A stretch of 64,000 nucleotides of DNA, from contig JAHEZE010000004.1 in assembly GCA_023251235.1 (NCBI GenBank), positions 654-64,653 of the forward strand, written 5' to 3'. The stretch's first letter is position 1; each line of letters starts with the position of its first letter. The notes beneath the pieces are model-generated. The model had not been told where the DNA came from. It worked only from the letters and a program-made list of their open reading frames with translations, and did no database searches. Origin of the DNA: Sphingobacteriales bacterium (GTDB lineage: Bacteria > Bacteroidota > Bacteroidia > Chitinophagales > Chitinophagaceae). A program made the position numbers and the translations under genes. Below are positions 7,188 to 15,589 of this stretch, one piece after another.

Positions 7188-10076
7188 TCATTTTATCGCT
7201 TCAATAATCGCATCCTGAATCTTCCCTCTTACTTTCAGGTCGGAGAGCAAACCATTATTTCTTGTCGGATTCACTCTGTTAGAAAGAAAGATATAAACGA
7301 GATTATATTTCGGATCAACCCAAACACAGGTACCGGTATAGCCGGTATGGCCATAAGTTTGAGATGACACTAATTCAGATGGATAGGGATCTTTTCTTGT
7401 GGCATTATCTTTTTCGGGTTTATCAAAACCAAAACCGCGGCGGCTGTCTTTACTATGATAAGCTGAAAAATAGTTTATAGTTTTTTCATGTAGAAACCGT
7501 TCGCCATTCATTTCGCCGCCATTCAACAGCATTTGATACAACATAGCAAGATCATAAGCGTTGGAAAATAATCCTGCATGACCGGCTACGCCACCGAACA
7601 TACTGGCGCCTTCATCATGCACATCGCCCAGTATGGTTTGTCTGCGGAAATATTTATCTTCTTCCGTAGGAACAATGCGGTTTACAGCAAAACTGTTTCG
7701 CGGTTTAAAGCCGGTGGTTTCTAATCCCATCCTACTATAAAAAGTTTTCTGTACATATTCGTCCAGCGTCATGCCGGTTATAGCTTCTACAACTTTTCCA
7801 AGAAAAATAAAATCATTATCACTGTAAACATATTTTCCTTTTGGCCCTAGTGGACTTTGAAGTATCCGCTTAATGATTGTATCCTGCCAGTTGTTTCGCA
7901 TATACACTTTTTCAGCCACCCTGATAGTATAACCCGGTTTTTCTGTTTCGGAATAAAATCCCGGAAACTGAATTCCGGTAATGGTATCAATCGTCTCTTT
8001 ATAAAAAGGAATAAAGGGGACCAGCCCGGCCTGGTGAAGCAAAATGTCTTCAATTTTCAAGTGAGCCTTATCTGACCCCTTTGTCCATGATAAGTAATCA
8101 CCCAGAGTTTTATTCAAACTAAGCTTCCCCTGTTCATATAACTTCATTACTGAGATAGTAGTAGCAGAAATTTTGGTAACAGAAGCGAGGTCAAAAATAT
8201 TTTCAATGGATTCCGGTTTTTGTTTATCAAACGTGGTGCTGCCAAATGCTTTGTGATAAATTATTTCTCCATCTTTCGCCGCCAGCACCACGCAACCCGG
8301 AAACGCCTTTTTAGCTATGGCATCTTCAACGATTGAATCAATAGCCTGTAATTTATATTTTGACCGGGGGTGAAATGAAGTTGGAAACCTTGTGTTCATA
8401 TTGATTCCATATCCCTGCGGAAAATTGCAAACTCTGATTGGAAGCTTTCCGGATGCCCCTGTTTTTCCTTCCAGCAGGTCTGCTGCTATTTGCTGCGAAA
8501 TATTATCGTCCTGGTAACAGGCAACAAGTGCATTAGCATTACAAAAATTTGTACTTGCCAACACATTCCCAAAAATAAAAGTGATGCTGTTTGGGGTATT
8601 TAGTTTTTCCCATAATGCTATTGAAGCGTTACTGATTCCATAATTATTTGCGGGCCGGTTACTGAAATTATGAATGCCTATCACTACTGCATCATATTTA
8701 CCGGAATTGATAATTTGATAAATAGAATCTGATTTGCCGGTACTGTCTTTCCAGGAAAAAAGTAAAGTATCGGCTTTGTAATTTTCGCAGAGCCTTTTAC
8801 CAAAGTCATTTAAAGTTGTGCTGCCAATTCCAACATAAGCTATTTTCTTGCCTTCTTTCAAGGGAAGTTCAGCTTTCTCTACCGCGTTAATCAAAACTGT
8901 TATTGTTTCTTTTGCCACTTTATTTCTGATGACATCCGTTTTTGCATTAAGGTCATTGATCAGGTTAGTCGTATCAATTGGGTTCCCCTGATTTAATCCT
9001 AATTGATATTTTGCCCTCAACACTTTTTTTACTTTGGTATCAATGTCATTCCAGCTAAGCCTGTTTTCATCAATTGCTTTTTTTACCTCTTCAATTGCCC
9101 CGGGAACACTGGCGGGTAAACACAACATATCATTACCGGCAATTAATGCCTCCACCGAAATAACGCCTCCCGGAAAATATTTAGCCACTCCTTTCATCTC
9201 CAGCGCATCGGTAAAAGTGAGTCCGTTAAACCCAATATCATTTCTTAAAACTCCCGTGATGGTATTTTTTGAAATTGAAGTCGCACGATTTATGCCGGTA
9301 TCAATAGCCGGTACTGAAAGATGAGCGACCATTACACTCCCGATTCCTGCTTTTATCAATTCTCTGAAAGGCATTAATTCATTTGAATCAAGTTGAGCCC
9401 TTGTTTTACTGATCACAGGCAGATCAAGATGTGAATCCACATCCACATCACCATGACCTGGAAAATGTTTGGCGCTTGCCATGATGCCGGCATCCTGCAT
9501 ACCTTTCATGTAAGCAATTCCAAAACGAGCTACTTTGTATTTATTTTCTCCAAATGAACGAAACCCGATAACAGGATTATTTGGATTGTTGTTGATGTCC
9601 ACTACCGGAGCATAATTTACATGAATGCCCATTCTGCGGCATTGTTCGCCAACTGCAATTCCCATTTGATATACTAATTGTTCATCACTCATGGCGCCCA
9701 ATGTTAGCTGATATGGAAATTTTGCAACACTATCTAATCTCATTCCCAATCCCCATTCTCCATCGATGGTAATCATTAATGGAGTTTTGGAAATGCTTTG
9801 ATAAAAATTTGTAAGAACCGCCTGCCTGATGGGTCCGCCCTGGAAAAAACATAAAGCGCCGATATTATATTGTTGAATAAGATCGGTAACCTGTTGTACA
9901 TGGTCAGGGCCGAGATTAGAATGAGCACGGATCACCATTAACTGGGCAATTCTTTCTTCTTTGGTTAATGAGTTAAAAACACTATCTACCCATTGTTCGG
10001 CAGAAAGTTTGCTATTGTATTGTGAAAAAGAAATTGTTGAAATAAAAAATGAAGTAATTAAGAATATTTTTCCCAT
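7188..10076 (-). CDS. Fusion protein: GH3 beta-N-acetylhexosaminidase (NagZ-like) N-terminal domain plus serine beta-lactamase/PBP-like C-terminal domain
   Basis: 962 aa with a signal peptide. The GH3 motifs are KHFPGHGDVDVDSH and ITIDGEWG. The C-terminal part has LASVTK (SxxK) and a YSD (YxN-like) motif. Confidence 0.85.
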   Translation of the reverse strand: MGKIFLITSFFISTISFSQYNSKLSAEQWVDSVFNSLTKEERIAQLMVIRAHSNLGPDHVQQVTDLIQQYNIGALCFFQGGPIRQAVLTNFYQSISKTPLMITIDGEWGLGMRLDSVAKFPYQLTLGAMSDEQLVYQMGIAVGEQCRRMGIHVNYAPVVDINNNPNNPVIGFRSFGENKYKVARFGIAYMKGMQDAGIMASAKHFPGHGDVDVDSHLDLPVISKTRAQLDSNELMPFRELIKAGIGSVMVAHLSVPAIDTGINRATSISKNTITGVLRNDIGFNGLTFTDALEMKGVAKYFPGGVISVEALIAGNDMLCLPASVPGAIEEVKKAIDENRLSWNDIDTKVKKVLRAKYQLGLNQGNPIDTTNLINDLNAKTDVIRNKVAKETITVLINAVEKAELPLKEGKKIAYVGIGSTTLNDFGKRLCENYKADTLLFSWKDSTGKSDSIYQIINSGKYDAVVIGIHNFSNRPANNYGISNASIALWEKLNTPNSITFIFGNVLASTNFCNANALVACYQDDNISQQIAADLLEGKTGASGKLPIRVCNFPQGYGINMNTRFPTSFHPRSKYKLQAIDSIVEDAIAKKAFPGCVVLAAKDGEIIYHKAFGSTTFDKQKPESIENIFDLASVTKISATTISVMKLYEQGKLSLNKTLGDYLSWTKGSDKAHLKIEDILLHQAGLVPFIPFYKETIDTITGIQFPGFYSETEKPGYTIRVAEKVYMRNNWQDTIIKRILQSPLGPKGKYVYSDNDFIFLGKVVEAITGMTLDEYVQKTFYSRMGLETTGFKPRNSFAVNRIVPTEEDKYFRRQTILGDVHDEGASMFGGVAGHAGLFSNAYDLAMLYQMLLNGGEMNGERFLHEKTINYFSAYHSKDSRRGFGFDKPEKDNATRKDPYPSELVSSQTYGHTGYTGTCVWVDPKYNLVYIFLSNRVNPTRNNGLLSDLKVRGKIQDAIIEAIK

Positions 10077-10129
10077 TCAAAAAGTCTTAAGAATAATCAA
10101 CGTATTTTAGCTGCCCAAATTACGAAGAA

Positions 10130-11989
10130 TTGCCAGACAAGATTTTATTATTGCCCGATAACATTGCCAACCAGATAGCGGCCGGTGAAGTAATTCAACG
10201 GCCCGCCAGTGCGGTAAAAGAACTTTTGGAAAATGCAGTAGATGCCGGAGCTAAAGAAATCAAACTTATCATTAATGATGCAGGAAAATCTTTAGTACAG
10301 GTAATAGACAATGGCGGCGGCATGAGTGAAACAGATGCACGAATGAGTTTTGAACGTCATGCTACATCCAAGATTACTACTATTGAAGATTTATTTCATA
10401 TAAAAACAATGGGCTTCCGGGGCGAAGCGCTGGCTTCTATTGCTGCCGTGGCGCAAGTAGAATTAAAAACCAAAAGACTTGAAGACGAAACGGCGACTTA
10501 TATTGAAGTAGAAAATAGTGTTGTAAAAAAACAAGAAGTCATTGCGGCGCCAATCGGAACCAGCATTGCCATGAAGAATTTATTCTTCAATGTGCCGGCA
10601 CGAAGAAATTTTCTGAAAAGTAATAATGCAGAGATGCGTCATATCGTCGATGAATTTACAAGAGTGGCGCTGGCTTTCCCCCATATCTTTTTTTCTTTTA
10701 CAGCAAACAATCAGCAAATCTTTCACCTGGAAGCAGGAAGTATGAAACAGCGGATTCTTCAGTTGCTGGGCAATAACTATAATACAAAACTTGTTGCTGT
10801 AAAAGAAGAAACCGATTACATGAATATTTATGGTTTTGTTGGCAAACCCGAAACTGCTAAAAAGACAAGAGGTGATCAGTATTTTTTTGTCAACAACCGC
10901 TTTATTAAAAGTGCCTACCTGAATCATGCGGTAATGAATGCTTACCAGGAAATGATTACCAAAGACAGTTTCCCGACCTATGTACTTTTTATTGATCTTG
11001 ACCCACAACAGGTGGATGTAAATGTGCACCCGACCAAACAGGAAATAAAATTTGAAGATGAAAAAATTATTTATGCATTTGTACAGGCAGCGGTAAAACA
11101 TTCCCTGGCACAATTCAGCGTTACTCCTACTTTGGATTTTGAATTGGATGCTACCATTCAGCAACTGCCCTCCATTCAGCAACCATTTACTGAAGAAAAA
11201 AAATCGGCTGCTTCTTCATCTTCAATTTTCAAAGGATTTACTGAAAAACATCAGGCACATTTTATTGAGCCAACAAAGAAGAGTGAGCTGAAACACTGGA
11301 GGGAATTCTATGAGGGAGACAAGGAACAAAAAGAAAATATTCAACAATCAACAATCAATGCTCAATTTTCTAGTGAGCTTCCGGACTCTATTCACCATTC
11401 ACCATTCACCATTCACGATTTACGATTCACGAATCTTCTTCAATTACACAACCAATACATTCTTGCGCAAACAGACAATGGATTTATTCTTATCAACCAA
11501 CAACCGGCACATGAAAGAATTATCTATGAACGATTGCAGGAAGCTACTAAAGGAAAGCCCGTTGCAACACAACGAAACATGTTCCCGGTAACTTTTGAAT
11601 TGCCGCCCTCCGATGCAATTATACTGGTAGAATTAATGAATGATCTGCAGCAACTCGGCTATCTGATTGAACCCTTTGGTAAAAATACATTTGTAATACA
11701 AGGCACACCGGCTGATATGGCCCAGGGAAATGAAAAACAGGTGGTCGATTCTTTGCTGGAACAATACAAACATTTCAGTTCGGATTTGAAATTTTCCAAA
11801 AGAGAAAAATTGATCCGTTCGCTGGCATTACAGCAATCTATCAAAGCCGGAAGACAACTTGAAGAAAAAGAAATGCAGTTGTTGGTTGAAGAGTTACTTA
11901 AATGCAAACAACCTAATTCGTCACCAGATGGTAAGCCAACTTACTTAGAATTTAGGAATGAGCAATTGAGCAGGATGTTCGAAGATTGA
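10130..11989 (+). CDS. mutL: DNA mismatch repair protein MutL
   Basis: 619 aa with a GHKL ATPase N-domain (NQIAAGEVIQRPASAVKELLENAVDAG, DNGGGM) and a C-terminal dimerisation domain (QQPAHERIIYE). A TTG start at 10130 is needed to include the conserved N-terminus. The linker contains two heptamer arrays. Confidence 0.95.
   Translation: MPDKILLLPDNIANQIAAGEVIQRPASAVKELLENAVDAGAKEIKLIINDAGKSLVQVIDNGGGMSETDARMSFERHATSKITTIEDLFHIKTMGFRGEALASIAAVAQVELKTKRLEDETATYIEVENSVVKKQEVIAAPIGTSIAMKNLFFNVPARRNFLKSNNAEMRHIVDEFTRVALAFPHIFFSFTANNQQIFHLEAGSMKQRILQLLGNNYNTKLVAVKEETDYMNIYGFVGKPETAKKTRGDQYFFVNNRFIKSAYLNHAVMNAYQEMITKDSFPTYVLFIDLDPQQVDVNVHPTKQEIKFEDEKIIYAFVQAAVKHSLAQFSVTPTLDFELDATIQQLPSIQQPFTEEKKSAASSSSIFKGFTEKHQAHFIEPTKKSELKHWREFYEGDKEQKENIQQSTINAQFSSELPDSIHHSPFTIHDLRFTNLLQLHNQYILAQTDNGFILINQQPAHERIIYERLQEATKGKPVATQRNMFPVTFELPPSDAIILVELMNDLQQLGYLIEPFGKNTFVIQGTPADMAQGNEKQVVDSLLEQYKHFSSDLKFSKREKLIRSLALQQSIKAGRQLEEKEMQLLVEELLKCKQPNSSPDGKPTYLEFRNEQLSRMFED
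11338..11365 (+). repeat. Heptamer array (NNNTCAA x4) in the mutL linker
   Basis: tattcaa caatcaa caatcaa tgctcaa, translated as NIQQSTINAQ. It shares the exact 14-mer aatcaatgctcaat with the array at 31739-31752. Confidence 0.75.
11390..11438 (+). repeat. Heptamer array (ATTCACC x3, ATTCACG, ATTTACG, ATTCACG, AATCTTC) in the mutL linker
   Basis: Read directly. The six clean units total 42 nt (14 codons) and are translated as IHHSPFTIHDLRFT, immediately before the C-terminal domain. Confidence 0.9.
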
Positions 11990-12066
11990 ATTAATAATGA
12001 ATAATTAAAAATTAAGAATTGCTTCGCTGACTGAAATTGTTAATTATTAATTTTTAATTCTTAATT
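11988..12066. repeat. Inverted pair of heptamer arrays, (NAATTAA)x5 - 14-nt loop - (NTTAATT)x4, between convergent mutL and dacB
   Basis: The left arm is 11988-12022 and overlaps the mutL stop. The right arm is 12037-12066 and encodes the last residues and stop of dacB (QLRIKN*). The arms are mutually complementary, so this could be a bidirectional AT-rich terminator hairpin. Confidence 0.8.
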
Positions 12067-13381
12067 GATGTATGAATTTCTCCACCGCCCTTCTTACTGC
12101 TGTTGCAGATGCCTGATGATTATTAACTAAAGTCGAAAAAATAAGTAGCTTTCCTTTTTTAGTGTACATATATCCACTGAGAGCCACTACACCACCCAGC
12201 GTTCCGGTTTTAGCATAAATAAAACTACTATCAGATTTGTAGTAGTTGCTGATAGTTCCTTCGCCCCCGGTTGGTAAAACGACTTTGATTCTATCCATTC
12301 CAAATTCATTTTTCATTTTATCAAGGATAGAAACAAAATCCTGTGGAGTAAAAAGATTGTAACGGCTAAGTCCTGATCCATCCACCCATCTTGGTTTTTG
12401 CGGCAGATCTTTAAAATCTGTTTTAAGTAATGTATCTATAATTTTTTCATCGTTCATTACACCCAGCTTTTCATTACTCACCATCAGCAAACTTTGTTCA
12501 GCAAAAAAATTATCACTATTATGCATCATAGGTTTTAAGAGGGAGTCCGTAGATTGTGTTTTGATATAGCGGGCCGACAAATCATTTTTTTTAAATTGTT
12601 TGAAGAACAATTCATCATTCATTAACGATATAGATTTCCCAATTGTATCTGGCAACAATTCCAAAGCTGCCTTTATTCCATCGGTAACAAAAGGAACATA
12701 AAGCTCTTTATATTTTTCCTTGCTCTGAAGCAGTTCAAATACATTTTCACCAATTTTTCTTTTTACATCAAATTTTTTTGTCTCTTCAACACTTCTGAAA
12801 TTTACTTCCCAATTAATTTCAGGAACTGAATATATCGTTGTCGGTTCCTTTCCGTTTTCGCCCTCCTGCACCCATTTCAGAACATTCCCATATACTGGCA
12901 TAGGGCTTCTTTCCGCCATATAACTTTCATTGTAATCATTCCAAGACCAACCAGATCCAAGTGCTTCTGATTTCCACATGACCTCATTGATGTATATCTT
13001 CTTTTTTGACTGTTTTAAAAAATCAAATGCCGGTTGATGTTTAAAATCCGGGTGAAGAAGTGTAGGATCGCCTTCAGGTAAAATAAATAAAGCTGTATCA
13101 TTTTCTATTGTCACAAAACACTTCAAACTATCTCCCAAATATTTCATCGCAGCATAACAGGTAGGAATTTTTGTATTACTGGCAGGCACAAAATATTTAT
13201 CGCCCTGGTAATTGTACCAATATTTTCCGGTTGCCGGTTCATAAATGCTGATGCCAACATGAGCAGTGAGGAGTGAGCTGTCTTTTAATACAAGTTGTTT
13301 GGCCGACTTAGAAATTTTCTGTTGTACTGAACAGGATGTAAGAATTAATAATGAATAATTAATAATTAATAATTTTTTCAT
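12047..13381 (-). CDS. dacB: D-alanyl-D-alanine carboxypeptidase/endopeptidase (PBP4, peptidase S13)
   Basis: It has an SNTK active-site motif and KTGTL near the C-terminus. The start is probably the ATG at 13381, giving MKKLLIINYSLLILTSC with a lipobox. The ORF track's 13390 start is also an ATG. Confidence 0.8.
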   Translation of the reverse strand: MKKLLIINYSLLILTSCSVQQKISKSAKQLVLKDSSLLTAHVGISIYEPATGKYWYNYQGDKYFVPASNTKIPTCYAAMKYLGDSLKCFVTIENDTALFILPEGDPTLLHPDFKHQPAFDFLKQSKKKIYINEVMWKSEALGSGWSWNDYNESYMAERSPMPVYGNVLKWVQEGENGKEPTTIYSVPEINWEVNFRSVEETKKFDVKRKIGENVFELLQSKEKYKELYVPFVTDGIKAALELLPDTIGKSISLMNDELFFKQFKKNDLSARYIKTQSTDSLLKPMMHNSDNFFAEQSLLMVSNEKLGVMNDEKIIDTLLKTDFKDLPQKPRWVDGSGLSRYNLFTPQDFVSILDKMKNEFGMDRIKVVLPTGGEGTISNYYKSDSSFIYAKTGTLGGVVALSGYMYTKKGKLLIFSTLVNNHQASATAVRRAVEKFIHQLRIKN

Positions 13382-13413
13382 TTCCAGCATTCTTAATTTT
13401 CAATTCTTAATTA
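13343..13413. repeat. Inverted pair of heptamer arrays bracketing the dacB start codon
   Basis: (AATTAAT-like)x5 at 13343-13377 encodes the signal-peptide core. (CTTAATT/TTCAATT)x3 lies at 13392-13413. The loop at 13378-13391 holds both candidate ATGs. 13343-13374 matches 11989-12020 at 30 of 32 positions. Confidence 0.8.
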
Positions 13414-14550
13414 ACTTCTTTCCTGTGCCCGCAACCAGCGTTCAGGAATTTCATTACTGCTGGCAAGTAAATAATCTTTATAGCTGCATGCGATAAAACG
13501 TTTATCAGGAAGCTGCATCCACCAGCGGCCGGTTTTTTTGCTTTGCAGAAAAGTAGTGTCCACCTCAGCAAAAGCCATGTGGTATTCAGAAAAAGAATCT
13601 CTTTCATCCAGCTTGGCTTCTTTTCTTCCACGACTTCTGCCATCTAATAAATACCAAAGCATCTGGCTTATTTGTTTAGCAGTAAGATCATGCAGGTCAT
13701 TATCCGGGTCATAACCATAAATACCGATTGTATTTACATTCGGGCTCATACCGGCATAGCGCATCAATACACAACTTTCTTCGCCGTTAAAACCGTTTGG
13801 TGAATTTAAATTAGCCGGTGCATATGCATGTGCAAGAGCAGAAATATCAAAACTGAAAAGTTGTGAATTGCGAATCACCGGTTCCATTTCATCAATACTC
13901 TCTTTTACATGCCCCACACGAAAACAGTCGAAGCGCAGCTTATCCAATGTTTCCAGCATCCGCGGATGCACATAATAACTCTGGAAACCTATATGATTGT
14001 AATGCCTCACATAGTTTGGTTCACCTGTAAGCATTTCCATTAAAAAATTATCGCAGCGGAAATCAGAATCAAGATTCAGATCAATCAAAGCATCTACATT
14101 GGTTACTTCAACGATGGATTTGTTTGCTTCATACGCATAATACTGAGCCAGCGTAAGATCATGTGAGCCCCCAAGAAGGATTACTGTTTTTCTTTCATTG
14201 ATCAGTTCATTGATAACCGTTCTTAATGCGGCATAGGTATCAGCAAGATCAGCTCCTTTACGAAGATTGCCCAAATCTGCTATGTGAAGATCCTGGTGCC
14301 AGAAATATAACTGGTAAAACTGGCGGCGGATAGCATCCGGAGCAGCACTATATGCAAGATGATGACCATTGCCTCTTTGTTCACCACAACCGATAAAGAC
14401 GAGATCAGCCTCATCTATGTCTGGAAAGCTTTCTTCATCATGAACTTTTATATTGGAACCTATTGTACCTTCTTTAAAATCCTGGTCAAATGAAAGTTCA
14501 CCCTTATTGATGGGCGAAAGGAAGTCGGCGATGTTAAGAAAGTCGGACAT
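13411..14550 (-). CDS. Arginase/formimidoylglutamase family protein
   Basis: 379 aa. It shows a ureohydrolase-fold signature (LLGGSHDLT, and DAL.D acidic clusters). Confidence 0.65.
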   Translation of the reverse strand: MSDFLNIADFLSPINKGELSFDQDFKEGTIGSNIKVHDEESFPDIDEADLVFIGCGEQRGNGHHLAYSAAPDAIRRQFYQLYFWHQDLHIADLGNLRKGADLADTYAALRTVINELINERKTVILLGGSHDLTLAQYYAYEANKSIVEVTNVDALIDLNLDSDFRCDNFLMEMLTGEPNYVRHYNHIGFQSYYVHPRMLETLDKLRFDCFRVGHVKESIDEMEPVIRNSQLFSFDISALAHAYAPANLNSPNGFNGEESCVLMRYAGMSPNVNTIGIYGYDPDNDLHDLTAKQISQMLWYLLDGRSRGRKEAKLDERDSFSEYHMAFAEVDTTFLQSKKTGRWWMQLPDKRFIACSYKDYLLASSNEIPERWLRAQERS

Positions 14551-14632
14551 TGGTACTATTTGACAACAAACTTACAAGAAAACAGGCAGTATTTGCTTGC
14601 TTCAATTCTCATATTATGCTTATCTTGGGGTA

Positions 14633-15040
14633 TTGAAAAAAACTTTAGCATCCATATTAACAATATCATTTTTCGTAAGTACCATCATTATGCCTTACAG
14701 CAATTTTGATGACACCCGACTACTTTCTTCACTATATCGTGAAAGTCAGCAGGAAGATACTGACATGAATATTGGCGAGTTTATTTTTGAGAAACTGCTT
14801 ACCATCGGTAAACTTTTCGAGGGAAAAGAAGAAGATGCTCCAATAATTCCTTTTCATAATCAGCATACTCCTCCACAGGTGCAGATGCTTCAATCGGGAT
14901 CCTTATACTGTTTGAAAATAAATACTCCGGAGAAAGATAAAGAGCAAGTAGCTGATAAACCCACCTGCTCTTTTAGAGAAAATAAATTCTCTTTTGATTA
15001 TCATGCTATAGTTTTTCACCCGCCGGCATTAATAGCCTGA
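14633..15040 (+). CDS. Hypothetical membrane-anchored or secreted protein
   Basis: An in-frame TTG at 14633 gives (M)KKTLASILTISFFVSTIIM, which looks like a signal or anchor. I recognise no family. It lies upstream of the OM receptor/efflux cluster. The start is uncertain; the ORF track uses a TTG at 14597. Confidence 0.35.
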   Translation: MKKTLASILTISFFVSTIIMPYSNFDDTRLLSSLYRESQQEDTDMNIGEFIFEKLLTIGKLFEGKEEDAPIIPFHNQHTPPQVQMLQSGSLYCLKINTPEKDKEQVADKPTCSFRENKFSFDYHAIVFHPPALIA

Positions 15041-15104
15041 CTTTTTTAAAAAGTCCGCATGGATTAAGAAATATCAACGTCTAACTTAAATAAAAACAGA
15101 AACA

Positions 15105-15530
15105 ATGAATAAAAATATCATTGTGCTGACGCTTGCTTTTATTGTGAGCCTGTCAGTCAATTCACAATCATTAATAATTCCGGATGCAGTTACTGCCGCT
15201 TTTAAAAGCAAATTTCCAACTGCTACCAACATAAAATGGGGAAAGGAAAATGCCACCGAGTATGAAGCTGAATTTAAATTGAACAATTCAGCTGTATCGG
15301 CCAATTTCAAAACAGATGGCAGATGGGTGGAAACTGAAACTACTATTCCTGTTACTGATCTGCCAGCAGCAGTAAGTATAGCCATTAATACAAAATATCC
15401 CGGTGCAGTTATTAATAAAACTGAAAAAACAGAAATGCCCGGTAATAAAATAATTTATGAGGCAGCTATTACAATAAACGGCAAGAAAAAGGGAGTAGAG
15501 CTAAAACCTGACGGCAGTTTTATAAAATAG
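15105..15530 (+). CDS. PepSY-like (DUF2874-type) periplasmic protein
   Basis: 141 aa with a signal peptide and a repeated module (P.AV..AF..KFP.A..IKW..E...YE). Confidence 0.6.
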   Translation: MNKNIIVLTLAFIVSLSVNSQSLIIPDAVTAAFKSKFPTATNIKWGKENATEYEAEFKLNNSAVSANFKTDGRWVETETTIPVTDLPAAVSIAINTKYPGAVINKTEKTEMPGNKIIYEAAITINGKKKGVELKPDGSFIK

Positions 15531-15539
15531 CATATGAAA

Positions 15540-15576
15540 AATTGCAGGTATTCATCAACTACGGGTATCTGCAATT
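15540..15576. promoter_or_regulatory. 11-bp-arm inverted repeat (AATTGCAGGTA - N15 - TATCTGCAATT) upstream of the OM receptor gene
   Basis: Read directly. It has one G-U position and sits 14 nt before the ATG at 15590 and 10 nt after the PepSY stop. It could be an operator or a weak terminator. Confidence 0.35.
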
Positions 15577-15589
15577 AAATTTTATTATA

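Noticed and set aside
10580-11182. 200-aa antisense ORF inside mutL
   Set aside because: It lies wholly within a confidently identified CDS on the opposite strand. Its sequence is low-complexity and I recognise no motif. It is typical of stop-poor antisense frames.
11988-13413. CRISPR-like interpretation of the short-repeat arrays
   Set aside because: Units are 7-8 nt and directly adjacent with no unique spacers. Arrays are only 28-49 nt long. No cas genes or leader-like sequences occur in the window.
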